The notes beneath the pieces were generated by a model. The model worked only from the letters and a program-made list of their open reading frames with translations, was not told the origin of the DNA and did no database searches. A stretch of 62,783 nucleotides of DNA, the filler included, from Globobulimina sp. (lineage: Eukaryota): NCBI GenBank assembly GCA_003354225.1. It is 44 parts of 44 records of this genome, joined end to end, with 100 filler letters (N's around TTAATTAATTAA, not from the genome) between each part and the next. Parts side by side here need not be neighbours in the genome. Positions count along the whole stretch, not along the records: positions 50,032 to 51,359 come from PIVH01018562.1; positions 51,460 to 52,787 come from PIVH01018563.1; positions 52,888 to 54,215 come from PIVH01018564.1; positions 54,316 to 55,643 come from PIVH01018565.1; positions 55,744 to 57,071 come from PIVH01018566.1; positions 57,172 to 58,499 come from PIVH01018567.1; positions 58,600 to 59,927 come from PIVH01018568.1; positions 60,028 to 61,355 come from PIVH01018569.1; 36 more parts are not named here. One strand, given 5' to 3'. Position numbers and translations under genes: made by a program. Positions 49,932-62,378 of this stretch are shown one piece after another (the first letter of the stretch is position 1; each line of letters begins with the position of its first letter).

Positions 49932-50031
49932 NNNNNNNNNNNNNNNNNNNNNNNNNNNNNNNNNNNNNNNNNNNNTTAATTAATTAANNNNNNNNNNNNN
50001 NNNNNNNNNNNNNNNNNNNNNNNNNNNNNNN

Positions 50032-50840
50032 TTGACACATATTTCATCAATACATATTGAACATTCTTTGTCTTGCGCCAATTGTGCATCTAATACAGTT
50101 GATATGCCTTGGAAATATGTCTCAAATGTTGCACTGCCAAAGAAATTATATTTCGTCCTTCTTTCATTTGTTTCTTCTATGTCCTGCGGAAGATTTGGTT
50201 GTGGCTCTACCGATATTGGCTGATTTGGCTCAATTAACTGCGGTTCCTGATATCCATCATCATGAATCGGACTGTTTCCATTGTCTGTATTCCATGGTAA
50301 AGCACGTGAGTCCGATTTAAAAATTAAATGAAAATGTCCGAACTGCTCCTTACTTACAATTATAACCAATGCTATGTTATAAATGGCAACAAAAAGAAAT
50401 CCAGTGAATAAATGAAAGCTTGCATATGTATTCTTGCATGAATGTGGTCGGCTTGATGCAACATATACCATTTTTATTAGAATATAAACAGAATATACAG
50501 CCCATAGACCAATGGTCAAGGACCAATTGGATAGAATTGAGTGTGCAGTGAATGAACATTTTGAGTATCGTGTAAGTGGAGAGGATCCACAACAAATATT
50601 TATTATTTGTGCATACATTACAAACCATAATATAAATATGAAAGGATTGATAAGAAGATAGATTTTATATTCTAAAATATTTGCACAATCAATGATGTTC
50701 CAACAGAATGACATTAGAATCATTGGATAGATGAGATCAATGATGATTAATGAGAGCCAGAATTTTAACCTATGTTTATGTATTATGGCTTGCTTCCAGT
50801 GAATCCAAGCGAAATTTGGAGGCTCTGTTGGCTGTGACAT
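50032..50840 (-). CDS. Multi-TM protein with a C-terminal RING start, truncated
   Basis: Four hydrophobic helices, then ECSICIDE at the contig end. Confidence 0.65.
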
Positions 50841-50892
50841 TCACTGTATCCAAGTCTCAGAAAACACTAATACTCAAAAAAAAAAACACTAA

Positions 50893-51359
50893 TTAAGTCT
50901 CAGAATGCTCCATCACCAAATCAAACAATGCAGAGGCTTGTTCTTTGTTAAATGTCTTTCTTTCTTTGGTTTGAACTGCATGGTATTCTTGAACCATTGG
51001 CTCAATCTCCATTTCTTTTTTATTTTCGATTTCTGTTTCTTTTTCTATTTCCTTTTCATCCTCTTTTCTCTCAATATCATTATCCTTCGCATTCTCATTA
51101 TTTCCATCCAATTGCTGTTTTATTGCGGACCGAATATTTTTAGAGATTCTAATCAAATCCTCCGAACATTCCCAAATTTCATATTCCTTCAACAGACTCT
51201 CAAGACATAACTCTCTAAAAAATTGAGGGAAAACCAAATGTAAATCATACTCTTCATCCACTCCAACCAATAAATGCAAGCATTCCAATACAATTTTCCG
51301 TATTTCCTCATCATCAAATCTCAGTTTCTCAACGTTCATATATTTCACCAATAGCACAC
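50893..51359 (-). CDS. HGH1-like C-terminal region
   Basis: R..DEEIRKIVLECLHLL..WE.SEDL resembles the HGH1 C-terminal domain. Confidence 0.45.
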
Positions 51360-51459
51360 NNNNNNNNNNNNNNNNNNNNNNNNNNNNNNNNNNNNNNNNN
51401 NNNTTAATTAATTAANNNNNNNNNNNNNNNNNNNNNNNNNNNNNNNNNNNNNNNNNNNN

Positions 51460-52787
51460 GTACCAATCGGATACATTAAATTCACAGGAAAAGTAAATGG
51501 AAGCGCAGAGAATTGATTCTGTGCAATGGGCACACTATTCAACCCAGAATTGGTTGACAAGGGCACACTGTTTAAATTACCATAGCTCAGCATATTCATA
51601 TTCATATTCATATTCATATTTGGCAACGATGCATTCACCATATTCATATTAAAATTATTATTAAACATATTCACATTTTGTAACGTATTCATCTGAGGTT
51701 GAACAATATTATTTTGCTGCACTTTAACAGGCGAAATTGCCACAGCTGCACTCTTTCCGCTGTTTGCAACCTTGGCATTCCACCGATTTCTGCTATCACC
51801 AATATCAAAATGAGCTAATTTGACTACAATTTCCTGCTCAAAGCCAGTAGGTTTAGTTCCATGTAGCCCGTTAATAGCAGCTAATGCATCTTCGCCGTGC
51901 ACAAATCTTACAAACGCGACGCCTTTATTCATTTTGGCGGCAGAAATGGTGCCAAAAGGCTTGAATAATATATGCAGATCTTTCTGTGCGTAGCCTTTGG
52001 GTAAGTTGCGTACGTAAAGGTTGTGCTGATTCGATTTATTTGCGGTGGGCACTTGTTGTAATTGGTAAGCGGTGGCAGCAGTTTTCCTGGTTGCAAATCG
52101 AACTTTTAATTTGTTATTTTCTTGCTTGGATTTGTCGACAAGGGCTCCGTTTAAACAATCAATGGCATTTAAGGCTTGGTTATGGTCATCAAAGCGCACA
52201 AAACCTATGCCACCGCCAACGATTTTGCATTGACGGATACAACCATGTTTACTGAAAACAGTGCGTAACACAGCGTTGTTCCACGAAGCAGGAACATTTT
52301 GTACGTATAAATTGGTGGGCTCATCAGATAAAGTGCTGCGACGATGCATTGCTAATGAAATGTATATGACTTCGCCGGTGGGGAAGGTGTAGCTTTGTAG
52401 ATCTTTGATTGCTTTTTGGGCGGAAACGCGGTCTGCGAACTGCACAAAGCCATAACCGGGTTGCGAGGTTATTTCTGGAGCGACGAATTTATGACGTATT
52501 ATGTCACCAAATGGGGAGAATAAAGAGTATAATCTGTTTTTGCCGTAGTTGGCAGGTAAATTGGCGATATAGATGTTGGTATCAGGATCGGTTGGCTTTG
52601 TGCTGGGATTTATGACTGGTTGTTTGAGTGGTGATGATAGTACGTTGGTGTGGGGTGGCGACGGGAATGTATATTGAACTGCATTGGGTTGCATTATATT
52701 AGGTTGCATTATATTGTGTTGTAGTATATTAGGAATTGTATTGGGTTGCATTGAATTGGGTTGCATTGAATTGGGTTGCATTGAATT
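51460..52787 (-). CDS. Three-RRM RNA-binding protein (ELAV/Hu-like architecture), partial
   Basis: NIYIANLP..GYGFVQF, NLYVQNVP..GIGFVRF, NLYVRNLP..AFVRF; N-terminal MQPNS repeats. Confidence 0.9.
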
Positions 52788-53520
52788 NNNNNNNNNNNNN
52801 NNNNNNNNNNNNNNNNNNNNNNNNNNNNNNNTTAATTAATTAANNNNNNNNNNNNNNNNNNNNNNNNNNNNNNNNNNNNNNNNNNNNTGCATGTTCGATA
52901 ATTTGGTTAAGTGATGATTTCATATTAAATAATTGATTGCATTCGATATCATTTTTAATAGAATTAAATCCAACAAATAAAAGTTTTTTTAATTGTTTCG
53001 TGGATAGTAATTTAATGGTTGAATGTGCGTAATTACAATTGATCATTATTTAATTTATCCATTTTCATTCTACATTGTATTAATAGTCCAAGTTTGTCTG
53101 GATCTGTGAGAGTTGGTGGATATGGAACTAATGGAAGGGAATCCATTCTGTTGTTAGAGTACGTTTTCAGTTGGTTAGGAAATCCGCGGTCGAGTGGAGC
53201 AGAAAAATTATTACTTTTGGTTAAAATCTCAGTGGTGTCTGCAATGTAAAATAAATTTGCTCAATAGTTGTGTCTGCAATGTAAAATGGGGATTTTAGTA
53301 TTTAACTTAGGCAAAAGATATAAAGTCCCAAAAATCTCCGTTTTCCAAAAAAAATAATCATGTGTATGGTGATATTTGAGATTAAAAATCTATGTCTATT
53401 GCACTGAACTAACACATTTAAGCACTTAAATAAAACAGACGTAAAGCACTACTAAAATATTCACATCGTTTCTGTACAAGTACTGGTATATTACATAAAG
53501 TTATTAATAAGTATACATAG

Positions 53521-53832
53521 TTATTCATCAAATTTAATCCAATTATTTCTTTTTTCCACTGAAGTGGGCAATATTTCAGGATCCGCATTAAATGATTCTA
53601 AAAACGGATTGACGCCGCCACCGACCACTGTACTTAATCTGCCTCGCATATTATCATCATCGTCAAATGGATTTAGAACTGGAGCTACGACCACTGCCTC
53701 ATCAGCATCACCATCATCATTATCATTATTATCAATATTATCAATATTATCAACATCAAATATGTTTTCCTCGCCAGTTAGTGCTAACGTACCGTCGTCA
53801 TCATTTATAATAAAATCATCACCAAATTTCCC
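53521..53832 (-). CDS. Acidic eukaryotic C-terminal fragment with two NPF motifs and terminal WIKFDE
   Basis: DDFIINDDD..LNPFDD..VNPFLE..WIKFDE-stop, read from the reverse strand. Confidence 0.45.
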   Translation of the reverse strand, partial: GKFGDDFIINDDDGTLALTGEENIFDVDNIDNIDNNDNDDGDADEAVVVAPVLNPFDDDDNMRGRLSTVVGGGVNPFLESFNADPEILPTSVEKRNNWIKFDE

Positions 53833-54198
53833 TCAAAAGTTCATCCAAAATGCAACCTGGTTCCCATTGGGGTGGCTGCCCCAGAGTGCTATGGCGGTGA
53901 GCATGCCCCGCATCAGCTTGGAGGTGAACACCATGGCCGTGCCGAGGCTCCCGGGCTGAATATTTTTTTCGCCCGGGACCATGCGATCAGTGAGGATCTT
54001 CCGTTGATTGGGACTGAGACCCGCATCACCGCGAAGGTCGAGCAGCATGGTGTGATATTCCAAACGTTCCGCTATCGCCAGGGAATAGTCAGCCATCGCC
54101 TTGATCAGCTCCTCGTCGGTTACCCGCGAGAGTGGTTGGCATACCACCAATGGCCATCTGGACACATCGATGAGTGAATGGTCGCTATTTATCGTCAT
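53833..54198 (-). CDS. Bacterial STAS/SEC14-like small protein (myxobacterial type)
   Basis: GC-rich segment; IDVSRWPLVV..LLDLR..QRK..GTAMVFTSKLMRGMLTAI. Confidence 0.6.
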   Translation of the reverse strand: MTINSDHSLIDVSRWPLVVCQPLSRVTDEELIKAMADYSLAIAERLEYHTMLLDLRGDAGLSPNQRKILTDRMVPGEKNIQPGSLGTAMVFTSKLMRGMLTAIALWGSHPNGNQVAFWMNF

Positions 54199-54315
54199 GA
54201 CTAAAGTAGGATAAANNNNNNNNNNNNNNNNNNNNNNNNNNNNNNNNNNNNNNNNNNNNTTAATTAATTAANNNNNNNNNNNNNNNNNNNNNNNNNNNNN
54301 NNNNNNNNNNNNNNN

Positions 54316-55643
54316 ATTGTTGATACTGAACAGGTTTTAATATTTAATTTTCATACTACAGTAACTTTGTTATATACGTTGAAAAACAAACAAACAACGA
54401 AACAGACCCTCAATTTTATCGCCAGCAAACTTCAAACAACCGTGGATCGACGATGAGGATATATATCGTGAAGGCGGCACAACAAATGATGAATGTAAAC
54501 AAAATTGGTCCGGATCCCCGTCCAGAATCATTGGTACTTCTCTCGGCTTTAAGCTGCCGCGGAATACGAATGATATCAAACAGCTGATCTCCACTGATGC
54601 CACAGTGCAGTTTTTAAGTCAATCCATTGATGATATCACTGATATTTATTATGAACTGATCTATGATGAGGAGGCTGATACGGAGCAAGAAGAATCTTTT
54701 GTGATTCATAGGAAGTTTGGTGGCTGTCATCATGGCTTTATATTTGTGATGAAACAGTTGGAGCATAAATATAAACTAATCACCGGTGCTTCGGATGGCA
54801 CTACAAAAATATGGCACGTTGATGCAGAAAATATCAATAAGTTACAGCTGCTATCTGTACTAACCGGGCACACCCACTCTGTGATAGATTTTGATATATG
54901 GGGAGCTGGGGAATATTTAGTAACTGCTTCACGCGACGAAACATTAAAAATATGGAATATTGAAAATGTGCACAAACCGCATACTCGGTATACCATGAAT
55001 GGAGGGGATGGGTCAGAATTGACGGCAGTGAAAGTGATTGGGAATGATTGGACGACTATAAAATTGATTGTCTCAGCCTCCAGGAATGGTTTGGTCAAGT
55101 TTTGGAACGGCAAAACCTATGAATGTTTAAAAACCGTTCAATTAAATCAAGAGAAAGTGGCAAGGAATACAGAGCTCGAAGGGTTGGATAATAATTATAT
55201 TGTTTCACCAAACTCATTACACAAAGAATGGACGTGCGATGCTGAAAAATTGGAGCAAACCAAACCAATTTGCGTGATGCAGTTTGAATTTATGGAGCCG
55301 AGCTGGTTATTATTGTGTGATACTGCATACACTGTACAGATATGGGATATTTCACAGATTTTCCGCAGTAATAACCGCTTTGTGTCATCATTACAGACGG
55401 CTTCGTTGAGTATGCCGATAGATATGGACATGGAAGAAAAAAATGATAGTAATCATAGTATGGAGAGTGTATTAAATACATTGGGTTTGGCGGAATATTC
55501 AAATAATTTCCAGGTTGAAAAAGTGGATTATTCCACGTTGTCTTGTTTGTGTGAGGCTGATTTAATTGAATTGGGCCTTCCATTGGGGCCCAGGAAGAAA
55601 ATAATGCAGTTTGTGAATAGAAAAAAGACAAATAATAATAACC
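54316..55643 (+). CDS. WD40-repeat protein with a C-terminal SAM domain, partial
   Basis: LITGASDGTTKIW, GHTHSV..VTASRDETLKIW; SAM LGLAEYSNNF..DLIELGLPLGPRKKI. Confidence 0.85.
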
Positions 55644-55743
55644 NNNNNNNNNNNNNNNNNNNNNNNNNNNNNNNNNNNNNNNNNNNNTTAATTAATTAAN
55701 NNNNNNNNNNNNNNNNNNNNNNNNNNNNNNNNNNNNNNNNNNN

Positions 55744-56646
55744 TTTCTCTTTTCCTTTTTTCTCTTTTCCTTTTTTCTTTTTCCCTTTTTTCTTTTTTTT
55801 AATAATCTGATGCTGATATTTATGACCACACTTCTGCCACGTTGTCGCATCAACAATGCCGTATGCTTCCCCTTCTTCAATACTTATCCATTTTTTCTTT
55901 GTGTTGTGATATACACGATAAGTGATACCATCACTCTTCGACACACAAATGGTCATCAGCGCAGTTCCTTCCAGTATACTATCTTTATGCAATGCAACAC
56001 CATTACCACCAGATGTCTTATCGTCAATTCGTAGCATTATTGATACAACAGTTGTTGTCATTGGATGGAATTTCGTTCGCAAGCACGAATAAGCCAACGA
56101 AAACAGTTCATTGTTGAACGACTTGCCATTATCATCCGAAGATTGACCCATAATGTTAACATGTTCCAGTGCTTTATATTTGTCATAGATTTCTCTACAT
56201 TCTGGAGCTTCACTGAATAGCGAATGGTTGGAATCCATCGGATAAATAACATGATTATTAACTTTTTCCGCAACCATTAAATCCACCAAATCACAGCCTC
56301 TGGTCACAAGATCCCAGCCTACAAAATGTCTGTGGTATATGCTATACTTTTCGGGATATATAGGAGGTTTTTTGAGGCAAATTTCTGTTTTTTGTGTTGT
56401 ATAATATAACACTTCGGTGTACTTTATAACAGAAACAAACAAACATACAAACATACTGTTGAAAAATTTAGACTCTTCTTGGACGTCAAATGAATATATT
56501 TTTCTTTCTTTGTACATTTCCGCCGATTCTTCTATATACTTTTCAATGTCAGCATCGCACAATTGAAGTCGATCGATTTTCGCATTGATATAATGCTTTG
56601 CATCTCTTACTCGACGAAAATTACGACATGGCACACGCAACGACAT
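55744..56646 (-). CDS. AlkB-like 2OG-Fe(II) dioxygenase-fold protein
   Basis: GNGVALHKD (HxD), then GEAYGI..KYQHQI (distal His). The 3' end runs into low-complexity, probably intronic sequence. Confidence 0.5.
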
Positions 56647-57171
56647 GCAAAGATTTTTGATCTTTTACTTACTAAAAATGTAGAATATGTTTGAGACATA
56701 ACCATGGGATTTACAGTTTGAAATGTGCCATACTCTTTGCGATATTGGTAACTCATTGATTATGATTGGTGGAATGAGCAAGAAATGCGCCACTGTGGAA
56801 GTCTTAGAAATGACAAAAGATTTGCAACGTAGCATTCACGGTCCACGGCCCAAGGGATAATTGTTTTTAATGTAAAAAGATAAAGATGCAGTTTGAAGAG
56901 TAAAACAGTCACTTGACTCCAACCAATTAAATCATGATCCATTTATCGCTTTGACCAACAAATTATTTGATTTCCGTAATATTGCAATTTGGTTGCTCAT
57001 TCTTTGAATTCTTTTTCTTTGTTTAATCAATTGCTCTTGCTGTTGTTTTATTTTTTCATCTTTTTTATAAANNNNNNNNNNNNNNNNNNNNNNNNNNNNN
57101 NNNNNNNNNNNNNNNTTAATTAATTAANNNNNNNNNNNNNNNNNNNNNNNNNNNNNNNNNNNNNNNNNNNN

Positions 57172-57236
57172 ACGCACGCACGCACACACACACGCACGCA
57201 CGCACGCACGTACGTACGTACGTACGCACGCACGCC
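57172..57236. repeat. (ACGC)n/(AC)n/(ACGT)n compound microsatellite
   Basis: Direct reading of the sequence. Confidence 0.9.
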
Positions 57237-57586
57237 CTATCTAAATAGGACTTTCAAGTGAATTCCCCATCTGAAAAGAGCCCCATTGTCCGCTAAATTT
57301 GTGATTGGGATGTCATACCCATTTGTTTTAGTAATATCCCATCCGGATAAACCACTGGCATCATACTCAAAATCGTCACTCCATGGCTCATTTTTGATTA
57401 TCAATTGACTGTATATGTTACTGGTCAATAATAGCAGGTAACATACAATGTGAGTCACCATAGGAACAAATATAGAACTAATATTCAGAGAGTAGCAAAG
57501 CAGGCGTCAGTAGACGAGTATTAAAACAGGCTTAAATAATTTGGTATTTGTTTCAAAAAGTTTTTTAATCTCTCTGGAGTTTCATC

Positions 57587-58441
57587 ATGTGTCTCATGGT
57601 AATTTCTTTATGTATCTGCTACGTGTCTGCATCGGAAATAAGAAAGCTAATATCTATTTGGAACGATGTTGAATCGTTGCATGTTAATGGAGATAAAGAG
57701 TATGTTGGTTATTATTTTAAAATTGCTGCTGCGGATTTGACAAAAGATCATAAACTTTTATTGAAAATAAATCCATTGAATCCATTCCGGAGTTACAAGC
57801 TCGATAAAAAAGATTGGTTTTTACATTTATCGCTGAATAACAGCCGCGTCTTTTGGCAAATGTCTACCAGAAAGGTTGCGTCAGGAATAGGAAGAAGAAG
57901 TCCGTATTGTGTGAAATTTCGAGAGGTGATGGAAAAAGACAAATTATTGCCATCTGGAACTAAGTCAACTAACTCATCAAAAATGGCAATGCCTTCTATT
58001 CAATTGGTGAGGAAAATTGATCAAAACGTTATTGACGCAGTGGAATCGGAGATTGAATCGGAAATAGAAAATAAAAATATTTTATTGCTGCTGATATCAT
58101 GTGCTTCGGCTCTAATTTTTATCATTTTATCATTTGTTATATTCAATTTGTACAGAGAGAAAAGACAAATCGTGAAATTAATAAACAATAAAGACGCTGT
58201 CATCAATGCATGTGTGCCACAACAAAATGGAAATATTGGCGTTAAGTCAAATTCTGGAAACGATTTGTCAAAACAAGTTAACATTCATTGGCAAAAAGAA
58301 AATCTTAAACAAGTGGTCGATAATGCGTCTGCTGTACAAGATGTAATTATGGATGACATCATTGATGATATGGTCATCAACAATGAGGGGGGTCACTCAA
58401 ACTGTTCTAATGAAGGTAATGAGACAAACATATCATTTTAA
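57587..58441 (+). CDS. Single-pass membrane protein of unknown function
   Basis: Signal-like N-terminus; TM ILLLLISCASALIFIILSFVIF. Confidence 0.6.
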   Translation: MCLMVISLCICYVSASEIRKLISIWNDVESLHVNGDKEYVGYYFKIAAADLTKDHKLLLKINPLNPFRSYKLDKKDWFLHLSLNNSRVFWQMSTRKVASGIGRRSPYCVKFREVMEKDKLLPSGTKSTNSSKMAMPSIQLVRKIDQNVIDAVESEIESEIENKNILLLLISCASALIFIILSFVIFNLYREKRQIVKLINNKDAVINACVPQQNGNIGVKSNSGNDLSKQVNIHWQKENLKQVVDNASAVQDVIMDDIIDDMVINNEGGHSNCSNEGNETNISF

Positions 58442-58669
58442 TGCATGAGTTGATTTGAAAGGAGCGTGCAGATCCTTGAATTTCTCAAAGTTTTTGAAAN
58501 NNNNNNNNNNNNNNNNNNNNNNNNNNNNNNNNNNNNNNNNNNNTTAATTAATTAANNNNNNNNNNNNNNNNNNNNNNNNNNNNNNNNNNNNNNNNNNNNA
58601 TAATATTAAACTGCATAAATTAAAAGAATCAAAATCATAGTTTTAAAAAATCATATAGTAAATGTCATT

Positions 58670-59791
58670 TTAATTTCGTTTTTTCTTTTGTTTTTTATCA
58701 TTTCCCTTATCCTTTTTCTTCCATTTGCCAGGTTTATTTAGTAATTTTATTCGATCCTGTTCTGGCATGGCATTCCATCTTTTATTATTATTACAAATCA
58801 TATATAATATTAATTATATTTTTGCAAACATATAGACACCAAACTCTATCTCTGTTTTTTTATGGTAATTCCGACATAAATATTCACGGTCACTATCAGT
58901 ATAGGGTTGTTTTAATAATTTGTATTGAACAATCCATCGGAGCTGAGACAAAACTTTACCAAATAGCCAGAACACAGAGGTCAACACATCAACCATTGCT
59001 TGCGTGTATGTCGGCGCTGTATCTTTCCAGCCAGGAACTGCCAAATTCAATGACGATATCACATCATTCAACTCATCGATCGAAATATTCTTTTTTATCT
59101 CGCATGCACTCAATGTTACTGCTGCATTCTTTTTATTCTTTTTCCCTTTCGACCCTTTGCCTTTCCCTTTCTTTGGGGATTTTGCCGGTTTCCTGTTTAT
59201 AGCAAATATTATCAATCAATTGCAATGCGAATGTGCGAAAAACAGAAATATCTGGAAAAAAAGTAACTTTTTCCCCGTTAAATCAATTTGTTTTTCCTCC
59301 CAATAATATCTTATAACAGAAGCATTTTTAAGTATGGCATCTTTACATGTTTGCTGTTTTTGTCTTTGATAATATAACACAACATAAGCAATGCCCAAAT
59401 ATAATAATATTAACACTAAAATGGGTGATTCGACGGGTGAGTCCATGGATACTTTTATTCGTAAATATTCATCATAGTCTCGTCGTTTGTTGGATAATAT
59501 CTCGTACGCTCTGTTGATACGAACATATCTCTCTTTATCTGGACTGCTTTGATTGGGATTCTTGTCCGGATGTAATGCCAATGATAAATTATTATATCTC
59601 TGTTTAATTTCACGGAAAGCTACATCCGGTGTTACATCCAATATATCATAACAGTTATCATCACCACACCAATCACCTTTGAATACATCATATTTGTCGC
59701 GTTTTTTATTTGGTGGTGATTCATCCTGACCATTCACAAAGGTTAATAGTATTAAAAAAACATAGAATATGAAAAATGATGAAGAGCCCAT
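58670..59791 (-). CDS. DNAJC25: DNAJC25-like ER J-domain protein; introns 59267..59193 and 58844..58779
   Basis: Signal peptide, WCGDDNCYDILDV, HPDKN, TM, and LRWIVQY..PY..DREYL; the two introns restore the frame. Confidence 0.8.
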
Positions 59792-60296
59792 GATTGTGAG
59801 GAAGACGCTTTATGATTTTTTTTAAAATCATCAGGAAATTAAATATGCTACAATGCTACAACACAAATATGAATTAAAGAAAAAAATGTTAAACTATTAC
59901 TAAATAAAAAATGCGATACCTATCATANNNNNNNNNNNNNNNNNNNNNNNNNNNNNNNNNNNNNNNNNNNNTTAATTAATTAANNNNNNNNNNNNNNNNN
60001 NNNNNNNNNNNNNNNNNNNNNNNNNNNACCGCCATAACAAGATCCCACAGACACCGAACAACAACATTGAATCTTTCATAACCGCCACGAGAACAGAGCT
60101 GCTGGAACAGACCATCCATAACCAAAAACATAACAAAATCTCTTTTAATCACACAGACGACGAAAAGGACGCAGTCCTCGAGCTCATTGAAGACAAAGCC
60201 CATAAAATCCTCGACGAAGATAAAGGATCGTCTTTCTCGATAATACCATCGGCCGTCTATGCTCGCGAGTTCCACAAAACCATCCTAAATAGCAAC

Positions 60297-61355
60297 ATGG
60301 TGGAAATAAAAGAGTATGATATGGATGAACAGAAAGATGACATCTGTTACTTGGTGGATTTCTGGGCGAGCAAAGGCGAGATACGCAAGGATTGGGTCAA
60401 GAAGCTCAAACCTTTGGCACCGGTGTCTTTCTTCTATGAGCCTGCCCTGAACTTCGCGACCCACAAAACACACAAAACCCCAAAAACGGCCAAGAAACCG
60501 CGACAATCAAATAATACCACTTCGTCCCAACAGCTCTCCCACAATCAAATCGTCCATAACTACCCATTCCGTGTTGTTACGTCCAGTGTTATGGCAATAT
60601 TGCGAAAGCTGAATGTCTTTGAAACTTTCCATCTTTTGGACCTATGGAATTTGATGCCGCATCTAATCAAAGACACGAAAAACTTCATGTTTGAGGTATA
60701 TCAAATTAACAAGTTCCTCATTCACGAAATCAACATCGACAAAGGCCAGTTTGCCCACACTGTGCTCCACACCATTTATGCGGTATTCTATGACCAATTT
60801 GTCCTCAAATTCGACCTCGGCAAACGTACATTTCTGCCATTGTCCAAGAAAGAGAACTCAGACAATGAGATTTTAATCGATGAGCTATATCATTTGATCC
60901 AGTTACATAAATTTGATATCGACCTCCAGCATCTCATCAATTCATACATCAGTTTTACAGCCCATTTCGCGCATTTTATCAGCTCCACATACCCAACAAC
61001 CAAAAATCTCACAGTGCCACAGCTAAAAATCACCAACAACATTCTTACGGCGTCCCCCATAATTCTACCATTTAAACTGTTCGACTATAAACACCACCAA
61101 CGTCTCATGTTATGGTCATTTGACGTCAAGGCAATGTATCCCAGCCTGATCCATTCGTTCTGCCTACAAGTTTTGGATCTGTATTGGATTAAATACGCCG
61201 CGTCTCTCCCCCCAAACCCATAGAAGAATTGCATCAAAGCATTCCTTTGGTTCTCCATCAAAAATGCTATTTCCACCTTTACCGCCAAACTGTACCAAAA
61301 AAGACTTTGCCGCGCAGTTACCCGATATCTCCATTAGCTATGTCTGCGAATTCTT
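60297..61355 (+). pseudogene. Penelope-like retroelement reverse transcriptase, disrupted
   Basis: PFRVVTSS, LIKDTKNF, LWSFDVKAMYPSL. An in-frame TAG at 61221 is followed by FSIKNA..F..KLYQ and a frameshifted PISPL. Confidence 0.7.
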
Positions 61356-61455
61356 NNNNNNNNNNNNNNNNNNNNNNNNNNNNNNNNNNNNNNNNNNNNT
61401 TAATTAATTAANNNNNNNNNNNNNNNNNNNNNNNNNNNNNNNNNNNNNNNNNNNN

Positions 61456-61810
61456 TGGCAAGCTATCCTTAGCATTAAGCTACCCCAAAGAGACGGGAGG
61501 TTCAGGAGAGGCGACCAATCCAGAACAACTTTTTGCCGCAGGTTATAGTGCCTGTTTTTCAAATGCATTATTGCATGTTGCCCGTGAAGGTAAATTAGCC
61601 TTAACTCAAGCGCCGGTAACTGCAAGGGTTGGAATTGGAGTGAGGGAAGAGGGCGGGTTTGGACTGTCTGTTGCCCTGGCCGTAGAGCTGGAATTACCTC
61701 AAGAACAAGCCGTTGCCTTGGTGAAGAGTGCGCACCTCGTCTGCCCATATTCAAATGCTGTTCGTAATAACATCGATGTGGCGCTAACGGTAAATGGCCA
61801 GGTAGTCTAG
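61456..61810 (+). CDS. ohr: Bacterial organic hydroperoxide resistance protein, 5' truncated
   Basis: [40 protein letters not shown]. Confidence 0.95.
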
Positions 61811-61854
61811 CTTTACTGAACCTGAGGCCTTGCGCTGAATGTATGAATTAGGCC

Positions 61855-62233
61855 ATAAATAGTTGTGGCTAATTCATATAATTTATAATAAGCCAACACC
61901 CACCAAAGCCCATCATCGTTGTAACAATTGCCTTTATAATCGGGCATGGCATCGAATTGATTGGTGATTCTCGGCGGATTGGATTCTCTTTGGAATAACT
62001 CCAACATTGTTGCGATTGCGGTCCATTCGTTGGCTCCTTGCCACCTAATTAAATATGTTATGGTTTATCAACAAGTGGCGAATTAATTGGCAGAATATGA
62101 CCAAAATTGTGATATAGCATAATTACTTCTCATTCCATAATAACAGTCATTACAAAGACCTCTAATCTCATCCAACGGTAATGCTCGTTTGGTGACAAAT
62201 AATAAAGCAGTGACGAAAAGAAATATTGCCATG
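61855..62233 (-). pseudogene. GH76-like glycoside hydrolase remnant
   Basis: Signal-like start with internal stops; YNDDGLWWVLAYYKLYE matches the GH76 DD motif. Confidence 0.5.
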
Positions 62234-62378
62234 TTGCTACTTAGAAAATGTTTTATATCTAAAATATCACTTCAATCAAAAAACAATACTTTACAGCATG
62301 GCAGCAGAGTTGGAGCCAACATCTAAACATGGAGAGGGGCACTCACATTTTGTTAATTTGTTATCACAAAAATAACTT

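Noticed and set aside
1331-61455. Regularly spaced TTAATTAATTAA flanked by N, superficially like an array
   Set aside because: It is an artificial concatenation linker. ORFs ending in XXX..LIN are artefacts of it.
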